Of a stretch of 35,284 nucleotides of DNA, positions 25,876 to 35,254 are shown in pieces; the first letter of the stretch is position 1; each line of letters opens with the position of its first letter. This stretch comes from a virus (lineage: Duplodnaviria; Caudoviricetes): IMG/VR virus record IMGVR_UViG_3300046779_000810, positions 1 through 35,284 of that record; one strand, given 5' to 3'. The notes beneath the pieces were generated by a model, which did not search any database, was not told the DNA's origin, and was given only the letters and a program-made list of their open reading frames with translations. The translations under genes and the position numbers were made by a program.

Positions 25876-28800
25876 TTATACTGTTACGTCGCTAGTTATG
25901 CCGCTGATTGTTGTCACAATTTCAATATCGTCGACTTTTGCACCGCTAATGAAAATTTCGTCGGACCTTGATTGAATCTCAAATAAACTTTCAAAAGATT
26001 GTGAGGATTGTTTTGGTACTACAATTAAATTACTTACATCAGGTACCACTGAGTTTAATACGTATGTGGTAAGTTCGCTAAGATAAAACTTATCTCCAAA
26101 GTCCCAGTTGTTGATGTCAAAGAATTCATTTATAGCTAATACTATTCTAACTTTTAAATCATTGTCGTTAATAGTTTTATTAGGGTTCTTTACAATTTTA
26201 AATGTTGCCTGCAACTTATCTTCTGCTTGAGATCCAAACAGAACTTTGTATTTTACAGGATGGTAAACAATCTCATCGCTAATAGATTTGATGTTATTCA
26301 ACTTTGAACCAAACTCAATTCTTAAAGAATCGATCGACGGAGCTTCTGGCTGAGTTAGGACATTTCCTAAAACGTAGTTTCTAAAAGCAGTATCGTAGTT
26401 TCTTGTCAACAAGAATACATCAATAATGTTACTAGAGCTAGGATCTATTCTTCTGTCTTCCGAAGCATTGTGAACATATTGGAACTTAAGACCTTTACGT
26501 CCAAAGTTTGCTTTATACGAAGGCTGAAGAATTAATGTATTAGTAGACTTGTCAACTTTCTTAACTCTATTTTCATTTATATCGTAAAAATAAATTAAGT
26601 CGCCATCAGTATAATCATTAAGGTTAACTGTGGCTTCTCTTTGTACAACTGCAATTGGCGTTACTGTTTCGTCAACAACTTCAAATGTAACATTTCCAGA
26701 CGAGTCTTTAGTTTCTTTAAAAAAAATAAATTTAAGTTCTGTATCTTCCCCAACAATTTGAGAAAATGCTTCTGGATCGTCAATAACGCCGTCGTCATCC
26801 CTGTCAGAAAATGCTATCTTAATTTCATTGTCACTTTCGTAACCATCATTAAACTTAATAGTACTATCGATAGAGAATGCAATATCTCTCTTTAACGCTG
26901 TGCTATCTGCACCGGCGTTGATTCCAAGAACTTTAACTTCATCTCTTACAACTTCACCTGTTTGTGCATTGAATACTTTCTTGTTAATGTCAATGTAAAA
27001 TCTATTTTGTTGCAAGCTGCCAAATACATAGTCCATGCCTCGAACTCTAATAACATATTGGTCTGCTTTCTTTACAAAAGCAATAATCCAAGATGCATCT
27101 AGATTGTTTCTGGTGTTATCGCCTGCTTTTCCTAGGCTAAACAAACTAACTAAATCAAGGTTAGGAGCAATAATAACTTTCCAAGAAGAAGTTGTATAAT
27201 CGTATCGAAGACCAAAGTTTTGATTTTCAATTAACTGACTAACAATTTCTTGCTCGATACCGGTTGGAAGATTATTCACAAACTTAGGAACAATTCTTCT
27301 TGCAATTGCTGTGTCAGGAATAACATCACTAAACATAACTGGACCAAGTCCAGACGATAGCGTTCCTGTATTAGCTGCTGTGCCGTCACCTGCAACACTA
27401 ATAACTTTTGTCCAAATATAAGATCTTTGGTCTAAGTCAGTTACGTCTGCATCAACAATCTTACCGTTTTTAAACGCTTTACCTGCAGGAGGAACAAACT
27501 TGATTAAAGAATTAGGATAGATATATTTTAAGCTACTAGTACTAAATGCGCCAACACCTAAAATAGAAGCGTCAATTTTATTCTGGAAATAACCAGTGGA
27601 CTGATTTATTCCTGTAGATACTGATCTCCATATAATGTTTTCGTCGACAAATAATACTTTGTCAAACTTTGTAAAATAGAAATTGTAAACATCAGTCGAA
27701 GTAAAGATTGGTTCAACTTTGTTTCTAATAAAATTAATAATGTCTAGTCTGTTTGCAAATTTTAAATTTAGGTTACGTTCGATTTCTTCTCTATAAACGT
27801 ATCCGTCGTCAGCAAAAACTCTAACAGAACTGTACTTTCCGCTAGCGTCAATAATTTCGTAGTTTCTAGAAATTCCGCTAGATGTTCTATTAATAGATTT
27901 TACTTTTAAAATTTCTTGGCTACTTGTCAACGGAGCAAGCTGATAATCTTCAGCCGTGATCATTCTGTTCTGAGTATAATAAAGAGCAGGCGCCGCTGTT
28001 CTTATGTTATCTGTAGATTCAGCCGCTGACGCAGAGGTTACAGTATAGTTTAATCCTAGACCAACTGTTAAAGTTTCTAGATTTCCTGTCTTGCTAACAT
28101 AAGGAACAGAAACTGTAACACCTCGCATTTCTGCAGGAGATATAGAATAACTTAAACCGTTAGATACTCTATAGTAAACACGGAATGTACCTTGAGGCAA
28201 GTTTCCATACACCCCGTCGGCAAAGACTAATTCAATTGTATCGTTTTCTTTTGTAGATACTGCATAGATATTTCTAATGCTATTTTGTAAACTGTTATAG
28301 GCAATATTATTACCTGTTAAGCTGCTAACTTTTGTCCACTGATTTGTTTGTGTACCGTTGGAATCTAAATTAAACAACCACACATCGTCATTGTTAATGT
28401 TTTCTGCGCCAACAGCAATAGTTTCATTAGTGGTAGGAACATCAACTGTGAAGTCTGCAAGTTCTAAACTACCTTGCTTAAACATCATAAAGAAACCTGT
28501 GTTTGCACTTCCAGGACCTTTGCCGTCTTGTCTGTAGATAAACCCTAATTGGTTACCAGGTGTTGGCGGCTCTTCGTAGATGTACTCTTGACCGCGGAAA
28601 CTTGTGCTAACAAGTTCAAAATTCATTGTTCTGCTAGCCACAGTTTTATTAAAAGAAAACAACGGAATGTCAGAAATTGCTGACTTAAATCTGTATTGTT
28701 CTGTGTTAATTCCTTGGATTGTTCCTGTACCTTGACTACGGCCAAATTCAGTATTATCTGCCATTGCAGAGTTTAAAATTAACAAGAATTGTTCGAGCCA

Positions 28801-29253
28801 GTTTGTATTAGTTGGATCGTTCCAGCTAACAATTTGGTCTGAAAGGTTTCTACCGTTGCTATCTACTAGCTCTTCAGTGGTGCTAACAGTTGTAAATTTT
28901 AATAGTCCGGATGCAGGAATATTACGTTTGGCGTTATACCCAAGCATTCTTGCAATACGTAAAACGCTTTCTCTTCTGTCTGCAAGTTCTAAGAAATTTT
29001 CACGGCTAGCTAGGTCAATCCTAAATGACAAACTTTGACCTATAAATGCAATTGCATCAATTAATGCCATGTACTCAGACGATTCAATGTAGTCATTGAA
29101 ATCTTCTGGATAATTTTCACGAAGATACGTGATAATAACCCTACGTAGATTTTCAAAATCGTAGGATTTAAAGTCGGCATTCTTAAAAGTCTGGTAAATT
29201 CTTGTCCAGTCTTGATTTAAGATTAGGTTATTTTGTCTAGATGTAGTTGTCAT
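25876..29253 (-). CDS. gp6: Baseplate wedge subunit, T4 gp6-like (1125 aa)
   Basis: YDFENLR..II.YL....PEDFNDY.ESS....LID.IA......SF..DL...ENFL..A..R.SV...A.MLGY, I.LVFADGVYG..P and QNRM.TAEDY are gp6/baseplate-J hallmarks. It follows gp25. Confidence 0.88.
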   Translation of the reverse strand: MTTTSRQNNLILNQDWTRIYQTFKNADFKSYDFENLRRVIITYLRENYPEDFNDYIESSEYMALIDAIAFIGQSLSFRIDLASRENFLELADRRESVLRIARMLGYNAKRNIPASGLLKFTTVSTTEELVDSNGRNLSDQIVSWNDPTNTNWLEQFLLILNSAMADNTEFGRSQGTGTIQGINTEQYRFKSAISDIPLFSFNKTVASRTMNFELVSTSFRGQEYIYEEPPTPGNQLGFIYRQDGKGPGSANTGFFMMFKQGSLELADFTVDVPTTNETIAVGAENINNDDVWLFNLDSNGTQTNQWTKVSSLTGNNIAYNSLQNSIRNIYAVSTKENDTIELVFADGVYGNLPQGTFRVYYRVSNGLSYSISPAEMRGVTVSVPYVSKTGNLETLTVGLGLNYTVTSASAAESTDNIRTAAPALYYTQNRMITAEDYQLAPLTSSQEILKVKSINRTSSGISRNYEIIDASGKYSSVRVFADDGYVYREEIERNLNLKFANRLDIINFIRNKVEPIFTSTDVYNFYFTKFDKVLFVDENIIWRSVSTGINQSTGYFQNKIDASILGVGAFSTSSLKYIYPNSLIKFVPPAGKAFKNGKIVDADVTDLDQRSYIWTKVISVAGDGTAANTGTLSSGLGPVMFSDVIPDTAIARRIVPKFVNNLPTGIEQEIVSQLIENQNFGLRYDYTTSSWKVIIAPNLDLVSLFSLGKAGDNTRNNLDASWIIAFVKKADQYVIRVRGMDYVFGSLQQNRFYIDINKKVFNAQTGEVVRDEVKVLGINAGADSTALKRDIAFSIDSTIKFNDGYESDNEIKIAFSDRDDDGVIDDPEAFSQIVGEDTELKFIFFKETKDSSGNVTFEVVDETVTPIAVVQREATVNLNDYTDGDLIYFYDINENRVKKVDKSTNTLILQPSYKANFGRKGLKFQYVHNASEDRRIDPSSSNIIDVFLLTRNYDTAFRNYVLGNVLTQPEAPSIDSLRIEFGSKLNNIKSISDEIVYHPVKYKVLFGSQAEDKLQATFKIVKNPNKTINDNDLKVRIVLAINEFFDINNWDFGDKFYLSELTTYVLNSVVPDVSNLIVVPKQSSQSFESLFEIQSRSDEIFISGAKVDDIEIVTTISGITSDVTV

Positions 29254-29270
29254 TTTTCAGTCTCGCCTAG

Positions 29271-29276
29271 TATTTA
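29271..29276 (-). promoter_or_regulatory. Putative late promoter core (GTAAATA)
   Basis: TAAATA in the gp25-gp6 gap, 17 nt upstream of ATG 29253. Confidence 0.55.
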
Positions 29277-29294
29277 CCAGGAAAAATTAACTGG

Positions 29295-29756
29295 TCATAT
29301 ATTGAAATTATTTCTATTAACCAGTGTATTGTTGTTCTTATCGAAGTTTAAAACCATACGCTCGTTAATGTTAAAAGGCAAGTATGTTACATCGGCTTCA
29401 ATACGTAGACCGTGATCAGTTGTGTCAATAATTACAGCATTTACCGATATTCTAGGGTCGTAATTTAAGATTGTTTCAACGTCTTGCGATACAATTTGTT
29501 TTACTTCTTCTGTAAAATTTTCAAACAAAATGTCCCAAATAACTGTACCGAAACTTGGATTTTCTAACTTTTCACCTTTGCGAATATAGAAGTGGTTCAA
29601 CAAATCTTGTTTAACTAAATCTAAATCATAGAGTTTGTAATTCTTTTTATTATTGTTGCTGCTAAACCCTCTATAGGTAAACGTGCCAGCATCAGTTGAA
29701 ACCCTAGCAAAATTGCTGGCTACTGTTTTCTTATTGTATAATTTTGTAATGGCCAT
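29295..29756 (-). CDS. gp25: Baseplate wedge subunit/sheath initiator, gp25-like (153 aa)
   Basis: LVKQDLLNHF.IRKGEKLENPSFGT.IWD.LFE...I...DPR is the GPW/gp25 motif. The likely start is ATG 29756 (MAITKL), 1 nt after the upstream TAA, rather than 29816. Confidence 0.9.
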   Translation of the reverse strand: MAITKLYNKKTVASNFARVSTDAGTFTYRGFSSNNNKKNYKLYDLDLVKQDLLNHFYIRKGEKLENPSFGTVIWDILFENFTEEVKQIVSQDVETILNYDPRISVNAVIIDTTDHGLRIEADVTYLPFNINERMVLNFDKNNNTLVNRNNFNI

Positions 29757-29757
29757 A

Positions 29758-31401
29758 TTATTGTTGTTCCCTATCGGTGCCAGACGGAGTAAACTTATCC
29801 GGCGCAAAGTTTTCATGTAGTACCCAAGGCTCGTGCATTGGAATACGCTTCATAATACTGTTCAGTGTACCTGACTGGTACTTGGTATCTGCCCAATTTT
29901 TTGTAGTGCTGGTTACAATGTTTTTATGCAATTCTAAAGGTCTAACAAAGTCAGCAAGATCAGCAGGTGTTGCATTTCCTGCGCCATCGTTCATAAAAAT
30001 TGTTCCTGCGGTTTCTTTATGAGAACCTCCGCTACCAATACTTGTATCTCCTACAGCACTAAACCTGTTATCGCCGTCAGCCGCAATATTAAAATTTCCT
30101 TTAGTAGACATTTTTGTATCGGAACCAACTAGCAAATTAAAATCGCTGCCTACGGTAATTCTACCTGTACTGTTTACTAGAATGTTTAAGTCTGTTGCAA
30201 TCTCTGCTTGTAAACGACCGCTATTAGTTTTCATGTTAATATTTCTACCAGCTTCAATGTTTACATCTCTGTCGGCATAAAAATTAAAATCGTTTTCAGT
30301 GTGAACACTTACACTGTCCTTAGCATAGATGTCAATCTTACCATTGCTGGTCATTTCTATCCAAGTTGTTCCTTGAGCATTACCAATATAGATTAAATCT
30401 TCACTGTTATGCATCAACAACTGATGCCCTGTTCGTGTTCTAATTCTAAAATACTCTGAATAAGGAATTGTAGGATCGCCTTTTTCTCCTTTTAGAACAT
30501 CTGCATATGCAGATCCTTGTCCTAAAACAGACGCTGGCTGTTTTCTAATATAACGATCGTCACCGTCATCCATTACAAACTGTGTACCACCAAGGCGGCT
30601 AACAGGAACAGGAGTTGGACTTGGTCCTTGTGTTTTACCTATAGGAGCACGTTTAGCATTGTTTCTTCTATCTACTGGGCCAGGAGTTGAAATACCAAAT
30701 GCAGAACTTGGTACTTCTCTTCTTGACGAAGTTGTTGTAACACCTCGAATGTCATCTTCAAGTAAACCCTGTCTTAAGAAAACATCGGCAATTGGGTGTA
30801 CTGGCTTTTTAATCTTGTCAGTCTCAATGCTTTTTTCTGTGGCATTAATTTTCTTGTTAATCTCTGCCACTGGAAGATCTAACTTAGAATTAAATTTCTT
30901 TTTATCTTCTGATGAAATATCTGCATTAGGAGATATGCCGATTGCCGGAACCATATGGTTAGCAAACCTAGGAGGCACACAGCCTATCCAGTAACCTTGT
31001 GTAGGATCACCGTCAACAAAAACAACAAGTACCGTTACACCAACATCAGGTGGAACAAACCACATACCGTAACTTTTTTGTGTATCGTTATAAGCATCCG
31101 AAGTTGTGCCGGCTGGCTTGTTTTGATTGTTAGGGTTACTAGTTTGAGATACCGCTGATTTAGTAGCAGTATTTTTACCTAAGAACTCGTAAGCAGTGGA
31201 ACCAAAAAACGGGCTGGCGTATTTTACAATATAAACTTGATTGTTGTCTCCAAGTTTATTTCCTTGTTCACGCATTAGAGTAACTTCTAATGATCCCATA
31301 AACGACGGGTCGAGATGGCTAATAACTCTAGCCAAATATATGCCCGTACCTACACTGGTCTTATTAGTTTTAGATACCGGAACTCTTTTTATCTGTGCCA
31401 T
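29758..31401 (-). CDS. gp5: Central baseplate spike, gp5/VgrG-like (OB-fold plus beta-helix, 547 aa)
   Basis: N-terminal YLARV....DP..MG.L.V and YGMWFVPPDVG..VLV.FVDGD...GYWIGC (gp5 OB-fold). RTRTGHQLLMH...IYI.N..GT.WIEM..NG.IDIY and 8-residue beta-helix repeats follow. Confidence 0.82.
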   Translation of the reverse strand: MAQIKRVPVSKTNKTSVGTGIYLARVISHLDPSFMGSLEVTLMREQGNKLGDNNQVYIVKYASPFFGSTAYEFLGKNTATKSAVSQTSNPNNQNKPAGTTSDAYNDTQKSYGMWFVPPDVGVTVLVVFVDGDPTQGYWIGCVPPRFANHMVPAIGISPNADISSEDKKKFNSKLDLPVAEINKKINATEKSIETDKIKKPVHPIADVFLRQGLLEDDIRGVTTTSSRREVPSSAFGISTPGPVDRRNNAKRAPIGKTQGPSPTPVPVSRLGGTQFVMDDGDDRYIRKQPASVLGQGSAYADVLKGEKGDPTIPYSEYFRIRTRTGHQLLMHNSEDLIYIGNAQGTTWIEMTSNGKIDIYAKDSVSVHTENDFNFYADRDVNIEAGRNINMKTNSGRLQAEIATDLNILVNSTGRITVGSDFNLLVGSDTKMSTKGNFNIAADGDNRFSAVGDTSIGSGGSHKETAGTIFMNDGAGNATPADLADFVRPLELHKNIVTSTTKNWADTKYQSGTLNSIMKRIPMHEPWVLHENFAPDKFTPSGTDREQQ

Positions 31402-31409
31402 TCTTTATC

Positions 31410-33821
31410 CTATGCTGAATTATTTGTATTATTATTTGTAGCTCTAGCAACTATCTCTGAAGCTGTTGGCACCTTTAGGCTAGATGCAGAATTTGCAAGA
31501 CTAGATATTTTGCCGGTCACTGTTTCAAAAGTAGATGCTAACTTGTTAGATGCAGCAGATGCAAACGATCCTAACTCTGCTAATACAGGAGGTGCAGGAG
31601 GTTTAGGTTCTATCTTTACCTTTGGAGGCGCTACGTCATTAACTCTTCCTGTGTCTTTCTTAGGCTCTTTAATTTCTGATGCAATAGCATCGTCTTTAGT
31701 AGCATTAACAGCAACCAATCCTTCCATGTCTTTATCTTGCAACGGCATTCTAATACATTTTAATTTTTGTTTAAAAAATCCGCTAGAGAAATTACTTTCT
31801 ACTAAAGTAACTCTATAGATTCCAGTAAACGGTGAAGTCTTACCTTTGTACGGCCATTTGTAAAGACCCGATACAGGATCTACGTCCGATGGAGTTTTAA
31901 AAGTAATAAAAATAAAAACATCGCTGCCTTCATAGTTTGCAGAACCATCTGCAGAAATTTGCGGAGTATTAGGATTTGGCTCATCGAAATGATTTGCCAT
32001 ACCGTTATCTACTAACCAGTAAGTGTCTCCTAGAATTTCTAGATCAACAGTTACCATGTCAGCACTTGAACCAGTAATAAATGCTCTATGAAATGCTTCA
32101 GCTACTTTTTGTTCTGTACTCTTATCTGAGTTACCACCTTGGTTAACATTAGTTAACGAGTTAGGGTCTCGCATTAATCTTCTTCGACCAGTATAAGCTA
32201 ACTGTGTTTGTTTTGCATTACCAGCATTTGTTTCTACTTTTTTACCAGGATCAGGTGCAGGACCTCCTTGGTCTGGGTTTGCAACCAATGCCGAGCTAGA
32301 CTCTGGGCTTGCGTTATTTCCTGTAAAGAACAAATTGTTAATTTGGATGTCGAATTTTATGACATCAACGTTTTCACCGGTATAGATATAATTGTATTTC
32401 TTAACAATTTTCTTTTCGAGTTCTTTATAACCATACGGAGTAGCATTAGGGCTTTGGAAGATCGTGTGGTGTACAAGGTAAGGCACTACTCTGTAGATTA
32501 ATATCTTAGCAAAGTCTCCTTGAATTTCATCAAAGTCCCCAAACTTCATCTGAACGTCTAATCTAAACCAACGAATAAATCCGTCATCAGTTAACCTCTT
32601 TGGGTTCAACGCATCTTTAGCATACTTTGAACTAATAATTAACTGAGTAATAATGTCTGTTAAACTTTGCTTTTGAGAAAATAAAAATTCTCTATTCTTA
32701 GGATCAATTGTAACTTTGTCTCGTTTTACTAATCCTGTTTTCTCGTCAATCTTATCTCTTTCAAATCCAAAGCTAAAGTTACCGCCGGTTGATGCATCAA
32801 ATCCAAATGAAGATCCGCCAATGTCATTAGGATCAGCAACTACTGTATCGTCATCTTTAGCCGGTTTAGGTTGGCCTGCTGTTTTAGGCGGTGCTTCGTT
32901 TAATTTCTTAACTGCACTTTTTTCTTCTTTAGGCGGTGTCTTAAAGATTTGAGATTTTGATCCTTCTGTAGGAAACTCAATAATATACTTGTCGCCGATT
33001 CCAATTCTTTTTTCATCAACTAACGTTTTTTCGTTTCCGTTTAAAACGTCAGTTAAGGCAGTACACGCTTCTCTAACTGTACTACCTTTGAGTTTCATAT
33101 CTGTATAGGTAATGTTATAAGCATCAGAAAAACCTTGATGGTTATAAGGAACACCTTCAACTCTGTACTTGCTTCCCGATTCAGTAACTTCAAACTTAAT
33201 ACTTGTTAATTTCATAACAAAGTATTTTGACTTGACGTTCTTATACTGCCCCATCTTTTCGTCCCAACCCATAAAGTCTAACTTCAATAGGTAAGGTGCA
33301 TTGTCTAGATAGTTTGCATATTTGTTTTGCAAAGCTGCAACCTGCATACTCTGCAAAAGTAAACCCATACTATAAGGTTCAATGATTTCAAAACTAAATT
33401 TAACTGCGTTACTGTTACCTGTCTTAGGACTAGCAGCGATAACAGATTGCATTACAAAGTTGTCAACAAAATACTCAGGAACACCGGAGTCTGTTTTAGC
33501 TCTTTTGTCTGCATATCGACCGCCGGAACTAAAAACCACGCCAGTTAATGTTGCATCGTTTTCTCGATATATGCTTGGCTTGTTAAATTGCTCTTTAGTT
33601 AAGCAGGCCATTGTCCATGCTGTGGTATAAGAAGCAAATTTGTGTAACGGGTTAGGAACAACATTAACAATTGCCTGGCCTCCGGCAATTTCAACTGCCT
33701 TTAATCCCTCGGCTGTTTTACCTGTTGTTCTTTGTGCTGTTCCAGAAGACACCGCAGACGCCGCAGGTGCTGGTGCAACTGGCGTTCCGTCTGGTTTTTT
33801 AACTGTGTCAGGAGTTGCCAT
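31410..33821 (-). CDS. Baseplate hub protein, gp27-like (803 aa)
   Basis: Lies between the gp53-like and gp5-like genes. F.IIEPYS..L, V.LEILGD.YWL and FTG.YRVT.VES.FS.G.FKQ.L...R motifs are typical of gp27/gpD-type hubs. Confidence 0.68.
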   Translation of the reverse strand: MATPDTVKKPDGTPVAPAPAASAVSSGTAQRTTGKTAEGLKAVEIAGGQAIVNVVPNPLHKFASYTTAWTMACLTKEQFNKPSIYRENDATLTGVVFSSGGRYADKRAKTDSGVPEYFVDNFVMQSVIAASPKTGNSNAVKFSFEIIEPYSMGLLLQSMQVAALQNKYANYLDNAPYLLKLDFMGWDEKMGQYKNVKSKYFVMKLTSIKFEVTESGSKYRVEGVPYNHQGFSDAYNITYTDMKLKGSTVREACTALTDVLNGNEKTLVDEKRIGIGDKYIIEFPTEGSKSQIFKTPPKEEKSAVKKLNEAPPKTAGQPKPAKDDDTVVADPNDIGGSSFGFDASTGGNFSFGFERDKIDEKTGLVKRDKVTIDPKNREFLFSQKQSLTDIITQLIISSKYAKDALNPKRLTDDGFIRWFRLDVQMKFGDFDEIQGDFAKILIYRVVPYLVHHTIFQSPNATPYGYKELEKKIVKKYNYIYTGENVDVIKFDIQINNLFFTGNNASPESSSALVANPDQGGPAPDPGKKVETNAGNAKQTQLAYTGRRRLMRDPNSLTNVNQGGNSDKSTEQKVAEAFHRAFITGSSADMVTVDLEILGDTYWLVDNGMANHFDEPNPNTPQISADGSANYEGSDVFIFITFKTPSDVDPVSGLYKWPYKGKTSPFTGIYRVTLVESNFSSGFFKQKLKCIRMPLQDKDMEGLVAVNATKDDAIASEIKEPKKDTGRVNDVAPPKVKIEPKPPAPPVLAELGSFASAASNKLASTFETVTGKISSLANSASSLKVPTASEIVARATNNNTNNSA

Positions 33822-33822
33822 A

Positions 33823-34122
33823 TTACACTCCTAGGAACTGTTCTAGGTTCTGTTGCTTTGGCAAGTATATAACTGTTCCTGGAACAAAGTCGTATATTGG
33901 ATCTTTTAAAACTTCCATATTACGTTGAACAAAGACCCACCATAGTTTAGCATTACCGTAGACGTCATATGCCAACAGATCTGGTCTATGTTTATATTGA
34001 TTTTCGATCACGTACCTGAAATCATCAGATTCTGCAGGCACCGGTCTAATCCTAAATGTTTCCAAGAAGAAATTATTTTGAGGCGTTGCCGCCCAAGGTG
34101 ATGATTTAGTATAGTCTGCCAT
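33823..34122 (-). CDS. gp53: Baseplate wedge protein, gp53-like LysM-type (99 aa)
   Basis: Y.I...Y..RPDLLAYD.YG...LWWVF..RN...L.DPI.DF.PG..IYLP. Confidence 0.88.
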   Translation of the reverse strand: MADYTKSSPWAATPQNNFFLETFRIRPVPAESDDFRYVIENQYKHRPDLLAYDVYGNAKLWWVFVQRNMEVLKDPIYDFVPGTVIYLPKQQNLEQFLGV

Positions 34123-35222
34123 TATAAGAATCCTACTCCGCCCGGACCAACCATTTTACCTGATGCATAGCTTTGAAGATTAAACTCTCTCAATGCCTCT
34201 CTGCTGTAAACTGGTACACATGTAACAGAAATTGAGCTAACAACCGGAACCCATGTGTTTGTGCCGAAGCTGTTACACTTTACATAGTTAACATCTTCTT
34301 TTAAGTCTACTGAAAAATTTGTAATAATAACAGGAACCTTGTCAAACACACTTGCGCCGTATCCATAAAGGTGGCAAATAATTGGAGGATTACCTACATT
34401 TGATCCTTTACCAAAGAACATCTTAGTTGCAGTCTTAAAAAACGTTGTAGCTGCGATCCAATAAGCTGCATCCATTTCTGTTTCTGCTGTAAACTCTCCG
34501 CTAATTTGAATATCGTCAACTGTACTGCTTTTATATGAGTAGTAAGGATAATTGCTGTGAGTTAAATCTACTTTTTGGTAATCTGCTTTTGTAGAAACTG
34601 TTATGTTTGGCAAGTAAGGAAATACTACCCCGCCTGTTTCTTGCAAACGAGAAAACATAGGAGAGTTAAAAAGGTTCCACGGAGCATTAATTCTAACACG
34701 CCAGTCGTCTTTGGCTCCTGGGTCTAACTGAATTGCTGCTGATTGACTTTTAAAGAAGTCTGCACCTGACGGAATGTTTGATGCTCTACGTAAACTTAAT
34801 ATGTCATTTAAAGATCCCGCAGCTTTACCTATTGCACCTGCAACGTCTTTAAGACCGCCACCTAGATCTCCTCCAGCAAATTTACTCAAACTACTGGTAA
34901 TATCTGCTTTTACAGCACTGGTACTCCCTGCTAGACTCTTAAGTCCTGCTAGGCTTTTTCCGGCGGCTCCTTCTAAAGCACTAAACTTACCTGCCGCTTC
35001 ACCAAATCCTGCTGTATTAAGAGCATTTTTAATTCCAGAAGTAGCACCGTTAAGGCCGCTACCTAGCTCTCCAGACATACTAGAGATTTTACTATCTAAA
35101 TTCATTTTAGACAGCTGACTAACTCCGGACTGCAATTTTGCCGATCCTTCGTTAGTAACTTGTGTTAGGCTCTCGCTTACTTTTGAAATTAAAGAAGCAA
35201 AAGGATTAGTAGGTAGACTCAT
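34122..35222 (-). CDS. Tail tube initiator / baseplate-tube junction protein, gp48/gp54-like (366 aa)
   Basis: C-terminal GVVFPYLP.I......Y......HSNY..Y.Y..S.V..I.I.GEF...GNPP.I..L.GYG...F..VPV.IT.F.VDL (tube-like fold). It lies immediately upstream of the LysM/gp53 gene with a TAATG overlap, and the N-terminal ~145 aa are S/A/G-rich. Confidence 0.7.
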   Translation of the reverse strand: MSLPTNPFASLISKVSESLTQVTNEGSAKLQSGVSQLSKMNLDSKISSMSGELGSGLNGATSGIKNALNTAGFGEAAGKFSALEGAAGKSLAGLKSLAGSTSAVKADITSSLSKFAGGDLGGGLKDVAGAIGKAAGSLNDILSLRRASNIPSGADFFKSQSAAIQLDPGAKDDWRVRINAPWNLFNSPMFSRLQETGGVVFPYLPNITVSTKADYQKVDLTHSNYPYYSYKSSTVDDIQISGEFTAETEMDAAYWIAATTFFKTATKMFFGKGSNVGNPPIICHLYGYGASVFDKVPVIITNFSVDLKEDVNYVKCNSFGTNTWVPVVSSISVTCVPVYSREALREFNLQSYASGKMVGPGGVGFL

Positions 35223-35248
35223 TTTGGTAAGATTGATCCTGTTTTATC

Positions 35249-35254
35249 TATTTA
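35249..35254 (-). promoter_or_regulatory. Putative late promoter at the head of the operon (ATAATAAATA)
   Basis: TAAATA in the AT-rich region 26 nt upstream of ATG 35222. Confidence 0.6.

Noticed and set aside
29276-29295. Inverted repeat accag...ctggt between gp25 and gp6
   Set aside because: The stem is only 5 bp with a 10-nt loop and no U-tract, too weak to call a terminator.
241-35118. Numerous plus-strand ORFs of 60-170 aa in the ORF track (e.g. 721..1155, 16455..16841, 31315..31818, 34774..35118)
   Set aside because: All lie antisense to long, motif-supported minus-strand genes, have no recognisable motifs, and are the expected shadow ORFs.
25876-35222. Bacterial eCIS/T6SS/tailocin locus
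   Set aside because: T4-like late promoter motifs, phage-type fibres and chaperones, the giant wedge protein and the absence of ATPase, effector or host genes favour a large phage genome.
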